Virus record (IMG/VR): IMGVR_UViG_3300017991_000048
Span: 62,001-126,000 of that record
DNA: 64,000 bases
Strand: one strand, 5' to 3'
Shown here: one piece after another, positions 39,330 to 50,634 of the stretch
Layout: each line of letters begins with the position of its first letter
Numbering within the stretch: position 1 is the first letter of the stretch
The notes under the pieces: generated by a model
Database searches by the model: none
Seen by the model: the letters and a program-made list of their open reading frames with translations, nothing else
Told to the model about the DNA's origin: nothing
Made by a program: the position numbers and the translations under genes

Positions 39330-39665
39330 ATGGAATGGTTTTTGACTACCGTTGGCTGCATCGTCTTGTATGTACTCTTTAAGTTTACCCCGGCTAAGGT
39401 GGAAGCCGCTTTGCTACAGAGGCAACGGGAAACCATAAAGAGGTTAGACGATCAAATCAACCAACTTTTTGATGCTTGGGAAAAGGTTATCCGGTTCAAA
39501 AAGTTTGAGCTAAGCGTTAAGCTGGCAGCGGACGGGAAAGTTAAGCTTGTCGCTCGACATGAAGACCCTGTGTTGCAGGCGGAAGCTCAGGCTGAGGTGG
39601 ATGAGCTTCAGAAACTTTTGGATGAGATTAGAACGGGAAAAGAGAAGCGCGAGCGTATGAATTAG
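39330..39665 (+). CDS. TM-anchored coiled-coil protein
   Basis: N-terminal hydrophobic helix, heptads. Confidence 0.5.
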   Translation: MEWFLTTVGCIVLYVLFKFTPAKVEAALLQRQRETIKRLDDQINQLFDAWEKVIRFKKFELSVKLAADGKVKLVARHEDPVLQAEAQAEVDELQKLLDEIRTGKEKRERMN

Positions 39666-39667
39666 CA

Positions 39668-40534
39668 TTACCGTTTAGCTTTACCGCCACCATCATTCAA
39701 CATTAATGTCATATAGTGGTCGGCTATTTTGATGCTTACTCTCCAGGGAGATCCCATGTCTACCTCTTTCGGCACAAAGCCTTTCGGCCACTGCCCAGTT
39801 TCCGTTAGTGTGCGAAAAGCCCGGAGGTGTTCTTTGTTTGAGGGGTCAAACCATTCATACAGCGTCGGCATCGTACCTATTCATCTTCGAGCACTTCTCT
39901 AAGGATTGCCCACTGGCGTAATCCTTTGCCTCTCTCAAAGTCTACTTTCAATATACGCTTACCTTGAACTATTCTAGCTGTCCATGTGCCGGTTATTCCA
40001 AGGGGTGGGATCATTTCTTTGATCGTATCGCCACCGCCATACCGGTTTCTTATAAAACACCGCGCCCTGCTCCATTCAACAGATCCCATAATCAATCAAA
40101 ACTCTGGTCTACAAATTCTCCCACTTCTATATCTTTTTTAGACTCATAGACCGCATTGAAAATCTTGGCTATTTTTATAGCCGCTTTTACCTGTTCAACT
40201 ATAAAGCTCTTTTCTACATCCTTCCATTCCCTCTGATCTTTGTAACCATTTTTGGTAGGCCATTCGAAGTTATTCAAAAATATCTTCACAACCAGTTCCC
40301 TGTCCTCTTTACTCATCTTTACCATCCGTGTTTCTTTTCCATGTGTTCTATGTATTGTGTTAGATTACTGAATTTCATACTGGCTTTTCGGCACTTCGTT
40401 CTCCTGCAAGGTATTTGGACCACGACTCCTTTGTCGATTGCCAAGTGGTGACAATCGATGGGGTCTTTAAGTGGTTTACATATTGGACAGATCCAGACAT
40501 CAACGCCCCATGGTGTGTTCGTACAGGTCGGCAA
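39668..40534 (-). other. Four small hypothetical genes
   Basis: ORF track (39668-39871, 39877-40095, 40092-40325, 40319-40534). Confidence 0.4.
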
Positions 40535-40535
40535 C

Positions 40536-41120
40536 TCATTCTTTCAGGTGGTCATACAGTGTGAGAACAGGGGAGCCGCACTTGAAACACCGGAGCCTTA
40601 CCTCAGCTTTTGAAGACCCGGCGACAATAGTTTTGGAATGATCACAGCCTGGGAGAGCCGAAATCGCGTTTTGGATATCTTCTTCGGTCGCATCTGTGAT
40701 ACTTTTATCCGGACGCAATACCCTAAACACTGACCGTTCGCTCTCTAAGTATAAAACAGGTATATTGATCAGCGGGTAATTCAGTGTTACCGGCTTTGCG
40801 AGGGGCGAGTACCCTTCCAATATAAGGGTGAATCTTTCAACGGTTACAAGCGTTCCCATTGGACTACGGGCCTGTACAATGGCTTTTGAGTCTGGTTCGG
40901 TTACGTGGATAGTGTCTTCTGCGGTTATAAAATCACCCTCGCAGACAACCTGCCCTTCAAAAAGAACGCGAATTGCTGGTTTGATTGGCTCAAAGCTCTC
41001 AACCCCAACCTGTAAATAGTAAGGACCGGGCGGAACATCGAATGGGGCCACAATAAGAACATCAACCCACGTGGTAGAAGTCGTGGAAAAAACCACATCG
41101 GTTTCCGCTAGTCGCCGCAT
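40536..41120 (-). CDS. Hypothetical protein with LYDHL tail
   Basis: Motif-N6-ATG start; CDH..CFKC; ends LTLYDHLKE. Confidence 0.65.
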   Translation of the reverse strand: MRRLAETDVVFSTTSTTWVDVLIVAPFDVPPGPYYLQVGVESFEPIKPAIRVLFEGQVVCEGDFITAEDTIHVTEPDSKAIVQARSPMGTLVTVERFTLILEGYSPLAKPVTLNYPLINIPVLYLESERSVFRVLRPDKSITDATEEDIQNAISALPGCDHSKTIVAGSSKAEVRLRCFKCGSPVLTLYDHLKE

Positions 41121-41179
41121 GTTTACATATTACACCGAAATCTGTTGAATACCAGTAAGATTCGGTGTAATTATACCCT

Positions 41180-41677
41180 ATGATTGTCAATTTGCTTGGG
41201 CCACAGGTAGTTGTTCATCCCTATGCCGACCAGGGACGGGAAACTATTAGCGTTCTGGCATATGACACCCGTCAAAGTGTTGTCGGAATGTATGACGGCC
41301 TAGTTTATGAAGAAAGGGTACGGACTGAGGAGGAGCTTGGTTGGAACACAGAAATACGAGAATTCCCATACTTTGATAAATTGGATGATCACTGTATTAT
41401 TGTGGATGACATCATACGCACAAATATAGTGCTAAACGGAGGGCCGCGTATTTTTAGATGCCACCACGAATGGCGAGAGGCTGAAGCACGAAGAGACCCA
41501 GATAGCAAAGTCATATCAGGCAATCAGAGGGCCGTTACACTTAAGCTACAAGACGGAATGCTTGCCGTCCAGGAGGGTAATAAGAAACGCACTACCATTA
41601 TTGTTATGGATCTCGCTCTCGAACTCGAACTCAAGAATCCTGAAGAGCAAGACCTTTGGGATCATTTAGTCTCTTGA
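41180..41677 (+). CDS. Hypothetical protein with LWDHL tail
   Basis: Motif-N6-ATG start; ends QDLWDHLVS. Confidence 0.65.
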   Translation: MIVNLLGPQVVVHPYADQGRETISVLAYDTRQSVVGMYDGLVYEERVRTEEELGWNTEIREFPYFDKLDDHCIIVDDIIRTNIVLNGGPRIFRCHHEWREAEARRDPDSKVISGNQRAVTLKLQDGMLAVQEGNKKRTTIIVMDLALELELKNPEEQDLWDHLVS

Positions 41678-41688
41678 AGGGTACACAG

Positions 41689-42054
41689 ATGGGCGAACTT
41701 ATTAAGATTGAAGACTGGCAAAGACCCATTCGGATAGGGGTAGCGGAGCCGGGAAAGTTCACCGTTCAAGGCGAACCTGTTGTTATCGCCCCCAAAATCG
41801 TGAGCCTCAGGTGTCTTGAGTGTGGAAAGACATTGGCGTCCATAGATGCGAAAATGGACTTTACGGACTTACCACCAAACCTACATGCCCTTTTCGTCAA
41901 CATGCTCATGCAAACGGGGGAACATAGTGACTGCCCAAAGACACTCAAAAAACCGAAATTGGTTCATTCATCAAAAGAGAAACCAACAAAATGGGCAAAG
42001 TTTATAGGCTGGTTACGTAGGCTAGTTGCTCTACGAAGATCCGTGGTGAGATAA
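41689..42054 (+). CDS. Zinc-binding hypothetical protein
   Basis: CLEC..HSDC. Confidence 0.5.
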   Translation: MGELIKIEDWQRPIRIGVAEPGKFTVQGEPVVIAPKIVSLRCLECGKTLASIDAKMDFTDLPPNLHALFVNMLMQTGEHSDCPKTLKKPKLVHSSKEKPTKWAKFIGWLRRLVALRRSVVR

Positions 42055-42494
42055 TGCCGACTTTCGATCTCACTGCTGATCAACACGCTGCGCTGAAAGC
42101 TCTTAGGTGGCTTTATGACGGTTCTGAAGATCAGCGGAGGACAGGGCGTTCGACTGTATTGGCCCTGAGTTATCTTCACCGGCTGCTTGTGAATCCGGGC
42201 CAATGGATTTCAATACACGATCACCATCTGACACGCATGTCTGGCGAATTTCTAGGTGGCATTATTATACGGTTGGCGAAGGAAGCTGGCATACGTAGTG
42301 AAAGCATCGAGCGACGACAATATACGGGGCTGGAGCTACGTTTCAGCCAACACAGCCATGTCTCTCGTCAGACATGGGCTGCACTTACCACGTTCGGACT
42401 TTTGGATAAGATACCAGGGGACTTACGAGAGCCGCCTGACATTGACTTGACAGAGACTACGCTCTGGGATCATTTGTCAGCAGACGGTGATTAG
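42054..42494 (+). CDS. Hypothetical protein with LWDHL tail
   Basis: RRTGRST (degenerate P-loop-like); ends TTLWDHLSADGD. Confidence 0.6.
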   Translation: MPTFDLTADQHAALKALRWLYDGSEDQRRTGRSTVLALSYLHRLLVNPGQWISIHDHHLTRMSGEFLGGIIIRLAKEAGIRSESIERRQYTGLELRFSQHSHVSRQTWAALTTFGLLDKIPGDLREPPDIDLTETTLWDHLSADGD

Positions 42495-44582
42495 TCCAGT
42501 TCGACGCCCTCCCCTGCTTTGGTTAGAACATACTTGTAACTGGCTACTTTGTTCTTTGCCCCCGTTGGAAGCTTTTTGACAAAACCACGCTTTTCGAGTG
42601 ACTCCATGATCTTTTCGGTGCCTGAAACGGTGTCCCAATACCAGCCAACGTGTGGCCACCATTCCTTCCATTTGCTTTGTTGGAGGTGGCGCAAAACTTC
42701 GAGTTGGTTTTTCCCTAATGATCGCATAGCTTGTCGAGTAGTTTTTCGAACTTGATCAGTTCATCTTTTTCGATGTGAACCCCGGCGCTTCTGTAATAAG
42801 TTACCGCAACCCCAAGGTCCGCAAGTTTGATTACAACTCGGTGAGCCGTTTTTTTCCACGCTTCCCACTGGCGGGTTTCAGCTTCTTGTTCAGCGAGATA
42901 CTTCGGGGTAATAAGGACCAAATACTCATAGCCCTTTCTTCCCCAACGATGAATCTTTTTCTCTGAGAGAGCTTTATTGAGAGCTTTATTAGCGGTGGTC
43001 TGACTGCAATCCACTTTGTCGCAAACGGCGTCTATCAGCGTTGAACGCGCACTCGTCTTTCCCTTGAGTTTTGGGTGCTCGTATGAACCCAAAAACTCAA
43101 TCAGAAAATCATAGGCTTTGTCTACTTTGGTCACTTTGTCTCCCATTCGCCGTTTGAAAAAACATGGATAACGTTACGTTCTTGTTGATGAACACGGTGC
43201 CAAAACCCAGCAGGAGCCTCGATACCCATACTTTGAAGCTGGGCCTCTAACCGGTCGGTGCCCTCAAAATCCTCTCGGTCCGGATGATCCATGGCACTCC
43301 AGATAACTTCGTCATCAGCGTCCAGGTCGAAGACCGTGAGAAAATAATTACCCACAGGGTTATCCCACCCTGCCATTACCTCAGCTTGCCGCCCTTCGTA
43401 TGTGGTTTTGAAAAGTACTTGGCTCATTTTATACTCTTCCTTGGAATTTCAGGCACCGGTTCAGTGATAGGTTTGAACACACCATAGCCTTGACTTTCGT
43501 ACATGAAATTGTCTCCAGCGATATACATCATGGCGTTTGAGGCGGCTCTTACTTTACACAGGAAAAAATCCGGTTTAAATAGCGGGTTGTCAGCCTTCTT
43601 GAAACGGTCGCCGTAAAAAAGATACAGCCCCGGTTCAGTAGGCCATTCCTCAGACCACTCATCGCTGACGGGAACGCCAACAGCGCGGGAATACTCTTTG
43701 TCTTTTGGATCTCCTATAGTCATTTACTCACCTCAATACTTATTCAACATTTGCGTACTTCATTGCGGTTTGAATCAGTCGGTCATAGTCACCGGATTTT
43801 GATTCGGTGAGGTATGTGTCTATGACCGACTGAGGCACACCGGCTCTTCGGAGTGCCTTTTTTACGAGGCCCATGATCATGTAAGCATTGCCGTCATGGT
43901 CTGACAAGTTGACCGCAGGCTTTTCGATTTCTGTTCCAGGCACGTATTCCATATTACCCTTCCCTTTCGTTGGCACGGACCATGATGCGACGGAGCTTCA
44001 TCTGTCTGTTTGATTAGCTCGAACTTATCCCCTTGTTACCGCTTCAGATTCCAGCAGCACTTCGGCTTTCAGTCTCTCCACCCGCTCAACACAAAAACCA
44101 ATATGCCCGCAGTTTACGCACTTGCAAAACTTGTTCTCGACACCGACACCTTTCGGGGTTGATTGCATTTCATCCCAATCCTCTTTCAAACTATCCCACT
44201 CCCGCTTCAACCTCACGTTCTCGGCGCGGAGTTCTTTGTTTGTCTGGTATTCCTTTTTGAACTGAGCGAGATACTCATCCCGTTCCTTTTCTGCCTTTTC
44301 CGTCATTACTACCTGATGCGCTGTTACTTCTGCTCTCAACTCTGCGTCGTTCTCTTCCTCGATACGCTCTATGTACGTATCAGGGTCACCTGATTGCAAC
44401 TTGCGGTCATACTCTTCGAGTTCAGCGACTCGATATTTTGCCTCATCCCGCTCCTTGCGCGTTGCGTCTAGTTCTTTTTGCAGTACTGCGTTTTTCCCTT
44501 TCCATGTAGTATGCACATACTCAAGTTGATCACCTAAACTTTTGATTTCCGCTTTTAGTTTGTTCATTTCTTTATGATTCAT
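42491..44582 (-). other. Run of six hypothetical genes including two winged-helix-like proteins (42491-42727, 42715-43146) and a coiled-coil (44025-44582)
   Basis: ORF track; IMESLEKRGFV..YVLTKAG wHTH pattern. Confidence 0.5.
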
Positions 44583-44680
44583 CGGCCAGTCCTTTCAGGG
44601 GCATGCGTCGTAGCTCTTACCAGCCATCGTCGTTATGGGAGTTGTCAGAACGAACACGTCACCGGGCTTCGGGTGTACCA

Positions 44681-45652
44681 TCACTCACCTCGATCCTTTG
44701 GGTCTACATATTTCATTTCAAGAAGGCTATACAGTTCAACTTCAAACTTTCCGCCGACACGTTCCTCTTCGACCATGTTGCCTTTACGAGCTTCCGGTCC
44801 TTTGAAGAAACCATATTCATTGACCAGGATGCCCCGGCTTTTCGCAATGCCTCTAAGTCGAATGTTATGAGCTTTACTCCCGGTAAAGTAACAGATTGCA
44901 GCTCCCCAGGATTTTGGTTCCACGACCAGAGCATCGATGTCAATAACAAAAGCACCTTGATATCTCAGCCGAATTTTCTTGTCACCTTCCGTGTGGATGT
45001 CTCCGAAGTTGGCAAGCAACTTCTTTATTTTGTCTAATGCCTTTGACAGCGACTCGCCTTCTTTGACAGATAGCAGAATGTCGATATCCTTGACCGTTTC
45101 AGTTTCTCGTCTGAACGATCCAGCAGTATCGCACATTTTGACTTCCGGTATTTTTCTCAAACGCTTTATGAGAGTATCGACCAATGGAGCAACAGTTTTG
45201 CGGGGAAGTCTTCCCTGCTTTGATTGTTGTAAACCAACCTTTGCGCGTTCCAACAGGTCAGGGTCATCTCCTGTTAGCTCCAAATGTTCGATTAGTTCCT
45301 CTACGCTTTCGACTTCGTAGAGACGTGCAATATTATGAGCCGACACAGGGCCGACACCAGGGATCGCTTGTAACTTGAACGCTCCGGGTGGGAATTTCTT
45401 TTCCAGTTCCTTGATACGCTTACAGGTGCCTGTGGCCAGGATTTCGTGGATGGTTTCAGCCGTGCTTTTGCCTATCCCTTCTATCTCGACAAGGTTGAGC
45501 GAACCGGCGTGTTCACTCAAATCCCGAATGATTCCAGCCACCTTGTTATAGGTGTTAGCTCGCCATTTGTCCTTGGCGACTTGGTATAACTTTCCAAGAT
45601 GCGAAAGCTTGTCGGCAAGCTCCTGGTTTGTCGTTGGAACGTATTGGGTCAT
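44681..45652 (-). CDS. polX: DNA polymerase X family (Pol beta-like, no PHP domain)
   Basis: HhH IEGIGKS and IPGVGP, AGSFRR..DIDIL, YFTGSKAHN, NEYG. Confidence 0.9.
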   Translation of the reverse strand: MTQYVPTTNQELADKLSHLGKLYQVAKDKWRANTYNKVAGIIRDLSEHAGSLNLVEIEGIGKSTAETIHEILATGTCKRIKELEKKFPPGAFKLQAIPGVGPVSAHNIARLYEVESVEELIEHLELTGDDPDLLERAKVGLQQSKQGRLPRKTVAPLVDTLIKRLRKIPEVKMCDTAGSFRRETETVKDIDILLSVKEGESLSKALDKIKKLLANFGDIHTEGDKKIRLRYQGAFVIDIDALVVEPKSWGAAICYFTGSKAHNIRLRGIAKSRGILVNEYGFFKGPEARKGNMVEEERVGGKFEVELYSLLEMKYVDPKDRGE

Positions 45653-45718
45653 CTCCTGTATTACAACTCAGGAGCCCAAAACTCTAGGACTTAAATCAGA
45701 AGTATCAAAGAAGATACG

Positions 45719-46339
45719 CTACCGTAACTTCAGATCTAGATGGAAAGTCCCTTTTTCTGTAAACCGTACAGAGACGCTACGAACATACTTGCGGTATCCC
45801 TCAAGCTCTTTCTGTATCCATTGCTCTGTCTTAGCTCTGATGGACTCAACCTCTTCCCAATATGCGGCGTCTTCTTCACCGTCATCGTCGGGCGGGTGCT
45901 TTGGAAGGTCTAATGACTGAAACTGCAAACGTATGGAATTGGAGGGCGAGTGATTAAATCCGGACCAGCGGAAATGAGTCCAAGATCTGATGTCCTTTTC
46001 CAAACGATCAGAGATTTCTTCTTTGATCCCCGGATGGCTTGTAGCGGTGCGTTTCCTAGCGGCTGCTACGCATCGTTTACAATCAGAGTGGACCCTTTTG
46101 CCGGTGTCCAAGACTTGTAATTCGGTAGGTTGATCACAGCGTATATTACAGGCTGTCTTGGCCCATTGAAGCGAGCGAAGGTTACTTCCACGCACTTCTA
46201 CAGCGATATGATTGTGAGGCTCCGCTCGATGGTTCCTGGGAAAGCAGGTAAACCACCCGTCGTGCTTCGCGAGTAGGGCTTCTGCTTTTTCTTGTAGCTC
46301 AGGGTTTATCGCGACTTTACGATGGTCGTAACTATACAT
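45719..46339 (-). CDS. Hypothetical protein
   Basis: Starts MYSYDHRKVA. Confidence 0.5.
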   Translation of the reverse strand: MYSYDHRKVAINPELQEKAEALLAKHDGWFTCFPRNHRAEPHNHIAVEVRGSNLRSLQWAKTACNIRCDQPTELQVLDTGKRVHSDCKRCVAAARKRTATSHPGIKEEISDRLEKDIRSWTHFRWSGFNHSPSNSIRLQFQSLDLPKHPPDDDGEEDAAYWEEVESIRAKTEQWIQKELEGYRKYVRSVSVRFTEKGTFHLDLKLR

Positions 46340-47210
46340 TCTTTTCCCCTAATTGTTTTTCAGAATCAGAAAAGCCCAGATCGATCAATGCTCGATTCTT
46401 TTCGGGTGAGAAGTCCAGACTGTCGCCCAAAGATCTTTGGTCCTGTACGAGATGAAGCTTAATCTCTTTTTTACCCTCTGGCGCTTTACCTGCTTTACAA
46501 AGTTCATTGATGAGTTGAGTTTTCCTGAGATCATTACGTGAGATCTCATTGGTCATAATACTCAACGCTCTTGGGATCTGGTCAAGAACTTTCAAACCGG
46601 GTTTAGGCTTAAAAGATGTCGCTGGCGGCTGGCATGTGACAATATAAACTTCAGTTGCCCCAAGTTCAATAGCGGCATTCAAGGGGGTAATGTCACGCAG
46701 ACCACCGTCAGTATAAGGGATACCGTCAACCATGACAGGTTGAAAAAAGATGGGGAAGCTGGATGATGCTAGCACCCCTTCAACAAGAAGGGGGTCTGTT
46801 TCACCCCAACGTCGGCACTCACCGGTTGTAAAAGAGACGCCTACAACTCGTAATTGTTTTCCGGATTCAGCAATCTTCTGTGGATCAAGATTCTCACGTA
46901 AAAGCTTTTGGATCGGCGCTGTGTTATACACGCTTTCTTTCCAAAGCACCGGCAAGTACCAGAGTAACCCGTGATACCACTTCTTATATATATGAGCGGT
47001 GTTGATGCCTTTCCACAAATTCACAAGTTCAACACTTGCCCGGATCTCTTCGCCTTTCTTGAATTGAGCTAAAAAGGAAGCATTGATAGCCCCAACCGAA
47101 GTTCCGCAAACAATGTCAGGTTGTACTCCAAGCATACCTAATATATATTTCAATGCCCCGGCTTGGTACGCACCATTGGCACCTCCACCTGAGAGGACGA
47201 TCGCTTTCAT
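46332..47210 (-). CDS. Patatin-like phospholipase
   Basis: LSGGGANG, GTSVG, DGG motifs. Confidence 0.9.
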   Translation of the reverse strand: MKAIVLSGGGANGAYQAGALKYILGMLGVQPDIVCGTSVGAINASFLAQFKKGEEIRASVELVNLWKGINTAHIYKKWYHGLLWYLPVLWKESVYNTAPIQKLLRENLDPQKIAESGKQLRVVGVSFTTGECRRWGETDPLLVEGVLASSSFPIFFQPVMVDGIPYTDGGLRDITPLNAAIELGATEVYIVTCQPPATSFKPKPGLKVLDQIPRALSIMTNEISRNDLRKTQLINELCKAGKAPEGKKEIKLHLVQDQRSLGDSLDFSPEKNRALIDLGFSDSEKQLGEKNV

Positions 47211-47212
47211 AA

Positions 47213-48019
47213 CTACACCTTCCGTTTCGCACGGGTCATAAGATCCGCTGGCGTAACCTTTCGCATAGCCGCTGTTCGAGCCTCAAACTCTTTACTTAGT
47301 TTGCTACCCTTTTTGGCTATCTCTATTGACTCTTGCACGGTCAGTTGGAACCGATCCACCACTCGGCTTGAGGCTCGTTTCACCCCCCAGTCAGGATATC
47401 GCCCACCCGTGAGTTTATCAATCTTTCCGCGCCTAGCTAACCTCTCCAAGATGGCTTTAACTTGCACCCCCACATCTCTGCGCTCAAGCCCTATAGGGTA
47501 GTCAATACCGTAGTTATCTAACAGGTTGTGAATCAACTCTTTTGTAGTCCAGATCGACTCTTTACGATAAGTTGTGTGCGGCCCCAAAATGTCTAACAGT
47601 GTTTCTTCAACTGTTTCTTTCCATTTACGGATTGCCTCTTCGCCTCGATAACCCCTCCACGAACTTTCTGTGTAGTCTTTCCGCTTTCTAGGGGCCATGC
47701 GTTTGTAGTCTTTGACCAAATCTTGAGCGGCACGTTCTATGTCAGCAAGAGTTTTACCTGTGATTCGATACTCTTTCGTAAGCAAGTCATACGCCTCATC
47801 CCATTTTTTCCGATCCAGATTTCTGAAAGGCATTTTGGACGGCTGGATAAGAATAGTGCTACCGAAGTCCCTGCCCCATTTTATAGCAATCCACACTCCG
47901 CCAATCCTTTTGACCCACTCTTCGTCAAAAGTAGTAGACTTTTTCTTACTTCTCCGCCACCCGGTGCGGTGATCCCACAGGTGCTGTTCCAGGTCGAAAA
48001 GGCGTTCGAACCGTTCCAT
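47213..48019 (-). CDS. Multidomain hypothetical protein with internal RVVDRF motif
   Basis: KRASSRVVDRF; wHTH-like segment. Confidence 0.5.
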   Translation of the reverse strand: MERFERLFDLEQHLWDHRTGWRRSKKKSTTFDEEWVKRIGGVWIAIKWGRDFGSTILIQPSKMPFRNLDRKKWDEAYDLLTKEYRITGKTLADIERAAQDLVKDYKRMAPRKRKDYTESSWRGYRGEEAIRKWKETVEETLLDILGPHTTYRKESIWTTKELIHNLLDNYGIDYPIGLERRDVGVQVKAILERLARRGKIDKLTGGRYPDWGVKRASSRVVDRFQLTVQESIEIAKKGSKLSKEFEARTAAMRKVTPADLMTRAKRKV

Positions 48020-48044
48020 ACCCTTGAGAGAGTATCAATAGATC

Positions 48045-49097
48045 TTACTCATCTTCCATAAGGATAGTACGAGTAAGGATTTTGGCACCGTCAGGGCCTT
48101 TCCAGTAAGGTTCAATGGGGATGCGTTTACGCATCTTTTTACCTGGACCGTAAGGTTGCCAACGCCAATGTCCGCGAACGAGGAATCTAAGAGTCGGGCT
48201 GTTCCTGTTTGTCTTGCCTTCGGCGTATTCGACGATAGCGTCCCGGCAATTGATTTTGGTGGGTTTGCCGATTACGAAGGTTTGGACCTCTGGCAAGTCC
48301 GGTCTTTTGAACTTCTGGCTTAGACGCTTGCCATACTTCTTTCTTTGCTTCTTACAAGTCTTCTTACGGTAGTTATCCGGATCAGATAAGGCCATACACA
48401 TCGAAATGATAAGCCTTCCGATAAGAACCAGCACACGTTCGTCACGGGAGTCGCACTCCAAACCATATCCCCATGAGGACTTCTTAGCCTTACTGGTGGT
48501 CAGTAAGTTGAGAGGCACCCCGTGTCTCCATATCTGCATATTGTTTTTAGTCGTGGCTACGATATTGAGAACGGGCGTGTCGTACTGATCCTTGAGTATC
48601 TGGACAAACACCTGCGTAATGGGATGTTCATTTCCTTTGTCATCTTTACTAGAAAGCAGGTTATCTGGCATCTGAATGAGGAATGCCTTCCAGGGAAACA
48701 CAATGTTATCGAGCATTTCCTTGCCGACATCAGTTGCCATCAATAAACTGGCGTAATTTGAATCAAAGACCAGTCTTGGGCATCCCTGGTCAACCCATCG
48801 AGCGGACCACAGAACTGTACATTGCTCGTTCGGAACCCTCAGTAAAAGATCCAGTTCGGTGGCTTTGTCAATACTGCCTTCTTCGATACTGCATCTCAAA
48901 GTGCTGAAAGCCGCTAGGTCATCGTCGTTGCCTTCGTAGGTATGCGGCCAGACTAGAGATCCAAGTTGTATCAGATGCCTTGGTGTTAGAAACGTGTCTT
49001 CAGGGTTTTCCACCAATTCATTTAGCTGCTCGAAGAACTCATAAGTCCTTTGAGCACTTTTCTTGGCCTCAGTTGGGATAGGTGGTTTTTTTGGCAT
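48045..49097 (-). CDS. Hypothetical phage protein with C-terminal VRGHWR motif
   Basis: VRGHWRWQPYGPG..IEPYWKGP; start 49097. Confidence 0.6.
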   Translation of the reverse strand: MPKKPPIPTEAKKSAQRTYEFFEQLNELVENPEDTFLTPRHLIQLGSLVWPHTYEGNDDDLAAFSTLRCSIEEGSIDKATELDLLLRVPNEQCTVLWSARWVDQGCPRLVFDSNYASLLMATDVGKEMLDNIVFPWKAFLIQMPDNLLSSKDDKGNEHPITQVFVQILKDQYDTPVLNIVATTKNNMQIWRHGVPLNLLTTSKAKKSSWGYGLECDSRDERVLVLIGRLIISMCMALSDPDNYRKKTCKKQRKKYGKRLSQKFKRPDLPEVQTFVIGKPTKINCRDAIVEYAEGKTNRNSPTLRFLVRGHWRWQPYGPGKKMRKRIPIEPYWKGPDGAKILTRTILMEDE

Positions 49098-50634
49098 CGT
49101 TCTTGGCAAAAATGTTGTCGTAGTTTTCTCGGTACTGAGGGGAAGCGACTTGTGCCGGTCCCTTGGTTTTGAACACAGATTCCAGGTCCACCACTGAATC
49201 TTCCCCGGCACGTGCCGTTATGTTTACAAGCTCCATTCCTGGCATCAGATTCTGACCTTCGACCATCGGGACCATGACTCCTGCTGTCTCTCCGTCATCA
49301 TTCTTACGGACGCCCCAGAGAGCTTTTTCTGACACTTCGTGGATGTGGAACTCGTCTTTTTTCATAGGTCGGAACTCAGTCTGTCAATCCTGCGAAGCAG
49401 CGCTTCTATGGTTTCCTTAGTGGCGCAAACAAGAGGGGTACCCTTGTTAGCTTTGTTTTCAGCCAAAGCCCTTCTGACACGGGCCTCAGTCTTCTTATCC
49501 TCTTTCTCTTGCTCGGTTTCCCGTCCTGTATAACCGAATCTACGAAGATATTCTTTGGCTGACGCAAAGCTCATACACGCCTTCAGCGTCACAAACCGTT
49601 CCATATTGGAAGCGGTGCCCTCAATAGTCTTGACGACCTGTACAGCTACAGGAGTGGGAATCCTATCCCCGTCAGCCATCTCGCCGTGTGTTCTAATGTA
49701 GGATACTTTGGGATTGTCCATACCCCTATTACACATCAGCGAGTCGGAATTCTAAAATTAATTGCAACCAATTAAGAACATGACTGCTCCGACCAGACAC
49801 ATCATGGCTCCGTGTTCCAAGCCAGCAAAGAACATAATGATGCCAAGAATCATGCATCCCCAAGCGATGTCATCATTGCTTGCCTTGCCGTCGTCATTCA
49901 GGGCACAAGCTTGCATCATAACCACGCATAACAGCCAGTATAGTTTGTACTTCATATTTTACTCCTTGACCGCCCCTCCATTTTTCAGATATTACACCGA
50001 AATGGAAAAATGCCAAGGGATTTAATAGAGGTTTCTGTCGCTGATGTGTAATATCAATATGCTTACCAAGGAAACGATCTCTGAACTGGCAGACCGCGAC
50101 GATGTTCGCAGCATTGCGGTCTGGAACTTTCTTTCAACTCTCGGTGGGCAGTCCGTAGAAGAGGCTTTGTGTAACTTGGCCTTGGATGCCAAACTGTACC
50201 TCTGGAACGGGGCCACCCAAGGTGCCATTCGAGAGGGAATCGCCAAATACTATACGGAAATTATTGAATAAATGAAACTAACAGATGTCAGTAAACCCAT
50301 GCGGGATCAACTGGATCTTGCAAGCGACAACCTTTTTACTTCCCTGGAAAACTACTGTCTCGACAACGACTGTGAGGTCTACTTGAATGTTCAGACGCGC
50401 CTGGAAGGTCTGGAGAAGGGGCAGATGAAGCTCTTTGTCCAGATTGTGGACGATGGTGATACGCTCGATTATGCCGTAATCAATTTGAGGGAAGGATCAG
50501 CACAACTCATCGGCTGGAACATATACCTGGACGATGTTATGGAAAGCGCCAAGAGCCACCTTGCCAGCGCTCACAACAACATCCGGAAAGCGGCAGAAGC
50601 CGAAAAGTTAGATAGGCAGGAGCTAAGAGACTGA
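49069..50634. other. Five small hypothetical genes (49069-49365 -, 49362-49721 -, 49758-49955 - lipoprotein-like, 50059-50271 +, 50272-50634 +)
   Basis: ORF track; GTGTAAT motifs upstream of several. Confidence 0.45.

Noticed and set aside
178-42494. LWDH motif as a DNA-level repeat or recombination site (CTTTGGGA)
   Set aside because: Third codon positions vary freely (all six Leu codons; GAT/GAC/GAA/GAG; CAT/CAC). Only the TGG-G core forced by Trp-Asp/Glu is invariant.
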